The position numbers and the translations under genes are program-made. A stretch of 10,017 nt of DNA from Candidatus Firestoneibacteriota bacterium (GTDB lineage: Bacteria; Oederibacteriota; D2-FULL-39-29; JBDRBU01). Under the pieces are notes generated by a model. That model was not told the DNA's origin and did no database searches. It worked only from the letters and a program-made list of their open reading frames with translations. Below are positions 7,586 through 10,017 of the stretch, one piece after another (position 1 is the first letter of the stretch; every line of letters starts with the position of its first letter). The stretch lies in assembly GCA_043822305.1 (NCBI GenBank), contig JBDRBU010000047.1:1-10017 (forward strand). Reading direction: 5' to 3'.

Positions 7586-7650
7586 TACCTATTAGTAATA
7601 TACTATTGGTAAAGAAACTATAAATACTTATTGGTATATTACTATTAGTA
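7586..7650. promoter_or_regulatory. Divergent promoter with four TATTRGTA operator-like boxes flanking a TATA box
   Basis: TATTAGTA at 7590, TATTGGTA at 7604, TATTGGTA at 7629 and TATTAGTA at 7643 (spacing 14/25/14). There is a perfect 11-bp inverted repeat, TAGTAATATAC 7593-7603 / GTATATTACTA 7634-7644. TATAAATA at 7619-7626 is preceded by purine-rich AAAGAAAC (BRE-like). Confidence 0.7.
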
Positions 7651-7651
7651 T

Positions 7652-7786
7652 ATGGGTAAAATTACACTTTCTGGCTTCAAATGTGAACGCTGCGGGCATA
7701 AATGGGTGCCGAGAAACAGGAAGGAAGATCCTAGAGTTTGTCCTAAATGTAAGAGTCCATATTGGGATAGAAAAAGGAAGAAGTGA
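7652..7786 (+). CDS. 44-aa basic zinc-ribbon protein (CxxC...CxxC), putative DNA-binding regulator (not in the ORF track)
   Basis: MGKITLSGFKCERCGHKWVPRNRKEDPRVCPKCKSPYWDRKRKK*. The CxRCGHxWxPR..PxxCPKCKSPYW pattern is that of small archaeal zinc-finger proteins. The ATG lies just downstream of the TATA box. Confidence 0.88.
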   Translation: MGKITLSGFKCERCGHKWVPRNRKEDPRVCPKCKSPYWDRKRKK

Positions 7787-7809
7787 TATTTGTTTGTGTG
7801 AGGTTTATT

Positions 7810-9054
7810 TTAACAAATACCTGAAGATTTTAATATGTTTATCTCTTCACACTCGCCATAAAGAGTGCATTGACTCTCTACATCAGAACAAATACTGGAT
7901 GGCATATCTCCTGTCGACATAGAACCTAAACTATTTGATATCTCAACATAATCCTCAAGTATGTCTTGAAAGTCTCTTAAAGATTTTACAATAGAGCTTC
8001 CGTAGAAGCTTACTGATGTAACTTCATCCAAATTTGTCGATTCAAAAGCATTCCAATTTATCTTATTAAAAGTAGCTCTGGTCATGTATGATATCATCAA
8101 GTTTTCATCAACATAATAACCATATGCGTCTTTTTCTTTCTTCAAATTCTTTATCAATACCAGTTTGATATTTCTGTTTACGTTGAAGATGTTCTTATAT
8201 ATATTAGAAAATTCGTTTGCACTTCTTTCATAATCATCAACTAAAAATTCATCTTCATAATAATAAACAATATCAACAACTATCTCACCTTTTTGTAACT
8301 CAACATTTGATACAGTAGTTGAATTTCTGGCTATGCCAACATCTACAAGTTTGATTTTACTGTTTGGAATTATATCAGCAACAGCACTCTTTACATTTTC
8401 TTTTAATAAATAGAATTCTTTTATTGGTGTAAGTATATTATCAATTGTGTTAACATATTCATCAACTGCGTTTATGAAAATGTTTAATCTTTCTCTCTCA
8501 TAATTTACATCATCAATCAGGGCTTCTTCTGTAATAGTCCTGTTTTCATCTCCCATGTTTTCTATTTTCCACTCATTATCTATTTTTTTCAGATAAAACG
8601 TGTTTTTTTTACTAGTTTTAGTTGTGTTACTTTCAGTCGTATAATAAATTATAAAATTGGCCGTCACAGAAGCGTTATCATCATTTTCATAATCCTTTTC
8701 AATTGATATTATATCAACTTTGACTTCTGAATAAAAAGAGGGGCAATCATACTCTTCGCCAAGATCTAAATAATTTTTAACCTCATTACATTTTTCTGTA
8801 AAACGGTTTTGGGCAACCAACCAACCTTCATTAAGTTCTTTTTTTATATAATCAGATTCGTAGAAAATACCCGTGCCAACCATTAAATCATCATCTAAAC
8901 TCTCTGTTTCAAGTGTCTTTATGTATGATTCTACAGAATTTTCAGGGGTATCCATCAATATTTGAACCACTTCACTGTTTGTATTTTCACTTATACACCC
9001 AGAAACAACTACAATAAACCCGATTACAATCAATATCGGTATTAGTTTCTTCAT
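7810..9054 (-). CDS. Secreted acidic lipoprotein with NTF2-like N-terminal domain, function unknown
   Basis: The likely start at 9054 gives MKKLIPILIVIGFIVVVSGC (lipobox-like VSGC). TPENSVESYIKTL...ASVTANF...FYLKKIDNEWKI is NTF2/DUF4878-like. There are four Cys residues at the extreme C-terminus. Confidence 0.75.
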   Translation of the reverse strand: MKKLIPILIVIGFIVVVSGCISENTNSEVVQILMDTPENSVESYIKTLETESLDDDLMVGTGIFYESDYIKKELNEGWLVAQNRFTEKCNEVKNYLDLGEEYDCPSFYSEVKVDIISIEKDYENDDNASVTANFIIYYTTESNTTKTSKKNTFYLKKIDNEWKIENMGDENRTITEEALIDDVNYERERLNIFINAVDEYVNTIDNILTPIKEFYLLKENVKSAVADIIPNSKIKLVDVGIARNSTTVSNVELQKGEIVVDIVYYYEDEFLVDDYERSANEFSNIYKNIFNVNRNIKLVLIKNLKKEKDAYGYYVDENLMISYMTRATFNKINWNAFESTNLDEVTSVSFYGSSIVKSLRDFQDILEDYVEISNSLGSMSTGDMPSSICSDVESQCTLYGECEEINILKSSGIC

Positions 9055-9074
9055 ATTAAAAAAATTGAATTGAT

Positions 9075-9083
9075 TATTTAAAA
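9075..9083. promoter_or_regulatory. Single central bidirectional TATA box for two divergent, apparently leaderless genes
   Basis: TTTAAA at 9077-9082 is 22 nt from ATG 9054(-) and 21 nt from ATG 9104(+) in a 49-bp intergenic gap. Confidence 0.6.
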
Positions 9084-9103
9084 CTTCCCTCCAAACCTTA
9101 TTC

Positions 9104-10017
9104 ATGAAACAATCTATTTTTATCTTATTCATTGCTTCTATTTTCCTTATATCATTTTCTATAAACGTCTCAGCAGAGACGTTCGTCTATGACGACTTTT
9201 CTGGACCTGAACTGGATTTGAGCAAGTGGTTTTTTGAGACAGAGCTTGATCCTTACGCTGAAGGCCATCCAGATGAATATTACGTTGATACGGCATTACA
9301 GAACTATCATGTAAAGCAAAACACCCAGTCAAACAGGCAATTGCTTGTGTCTATGAGCAGGATCTTGCAACCAGGCGAAACACTTGAATACGATGTTGAT
9401 TATGTCTCAGGAGATGGGAACAGGGTAACAACATTTCATATTAATTATGTTCCAAATGGTCGTTCACTTGGATACTATATGAGTGAACAATATGGATGCA
9501 GTTACTGTGGTTTTATTGGTTTTTGGAACAGTCCAGGATCGATAGGAAATGATTTCGGTCTTTATCACTTCAAGATTGAATTTGTTGATGATTTCATGAG
9601 AGTTCATGTCACAAAACCAGATTCTTCTGTGTGGACTACTGTAATTTATGGGAACCAAACTTCTCTAGAAGCTCCATATAAGTTTACTTTTGAATCTAGA
9701 ACAGGCCACAACGGCATAATGCACTTTGATTACGACAACTTTGTCATAATCGCTAACGGAGAAGAGCCATCAGGAGAATATGAAGTTGATGATAACACAA
9801 TCGCTTTATGGCATTTCAATGAGGGCAATGGAACCATTGCCTATGATGAAACGGGTGTTAATCATGGAACTATAAACGGTGCTGTTTGGGACATGAATTG
9901 TTTTTATGGGAAATGTTTGAATTTTGACGGTGAAGATGATTATATTGCTGTTCCTGATGACGATTCCCTTACGTTTTACGAAGGGAATTTCACTATTGAA
10001 GCTTGGTTTAAGCTTTC
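9104..10017 (+). CDS. Secreted ConA-like/LamG (Laminin_G_3) domain surface protein; 3'-truncated by the window edge (not in the ORF track)
   Basis: Open frame from ATG 9104 to the window end. Signal peptide MKQSIFILFIASIFLISFSINVSA|E, then a beta-rich domain (DDFSGPELDLSKW...HFDYDNFVI), then the LamG signature IALWHFNEGNGTIAYD..NHGTINGAVW...GKCLNFDGEDDYI...FTIEAWFK. Confidence 0.9.
   Translation, partial: MKQSIFILFIASIFLISFSINVSAETFVYDDFSGPELDLSKWFFETELDPYAEGHPDEYYVDTALQNYHVKQNTQSNRQLLVSMSRILQPGETLEYDVDYVSGDGNRVTTFHINYVPNGRSLGYYMSEQYGCSYCGFIGFWNSPGSIGNDFGLYHFKIEFVDDFMRVHVTKPDSSVWTTVIYGNQTSLEAPYKFTFESRTGHNGIMHFDYDNFVIIANGEEPSGEYEVDDNTIALWHFNEGNGTIAYDETGVNHGTINGAVWDMNCFYGKCLNFDGEDDYIAVPDDDSLTFYEGNFTIEAWFKL

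Noticed and set aside
7586..7650. Short repeats as a mini-CRISPR array or transposon ends
   Set aside because: The units are only 8-12 nt with 6-17 nt gaps, and there is no transposase or target duplication. The layout fits an operator.
6415..7922. Track ORFs 6415..6621, 6738..6938, 7331..7612 and 7683..7922
   Set aside because: They are antisense to the MTase, or an off-frame overlap of the zinc-ribbon gene and the lipoprotein end, and have no motifs.
9055..9132. N-terminal 26 codons of the 440-aa track ORF
   Set aside because: They would overlap the divergent gene start and promoter, and the signal peptide begins at ATG 9054.
9464..9658. Track ORF 9464..9658 (-)
   Set aside because: Antisense shadow of the LamG gene, which the track missed because it has no stop codon in the window.

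Overview
AT-rich window, most likely archaeal. This is inferred from GGGGTGA/GAGGT Shine-Dalgarno motifs, TATA boxes about 21-22 nt upstream of apparently leaderless ATGs, a VSGC lipoprotein signal and a LamG surface protein. The left part holds DNA-processing genes: the 3' part of a MutT-like Nudix hydrolase, a NucS/DUF91-like PD-(D/E)XK nuclease with a DUF5655-like tail, a UDG-superfamily glycosylase, and a small Cys-rich gene broken by one TAA. The core (about 2424-7786) looks like an unusual type IIS-like restriction-modification module. It has a large endonuclease with an AlwI-like recognition region and two tandemly duplicated HNH domains, convergent with three coupled beta-class methyltransferase-fold genes, of which the middle one has lost both catalytic and SAM-binding motifs. 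Upstream of the MTases are a possible 40-aa membrane peptide and a divergent 44-aa zinc-ribbon gene, separated by four symmetric TATTRGTA boxes around a TATA box. The right end has a divergent pair of secreted-protein genes (a lipoprotein and a ConA/LamG protein running off the window) that share one central TTTAAA. All family assignments are from motif recognition by eye, with no database search.
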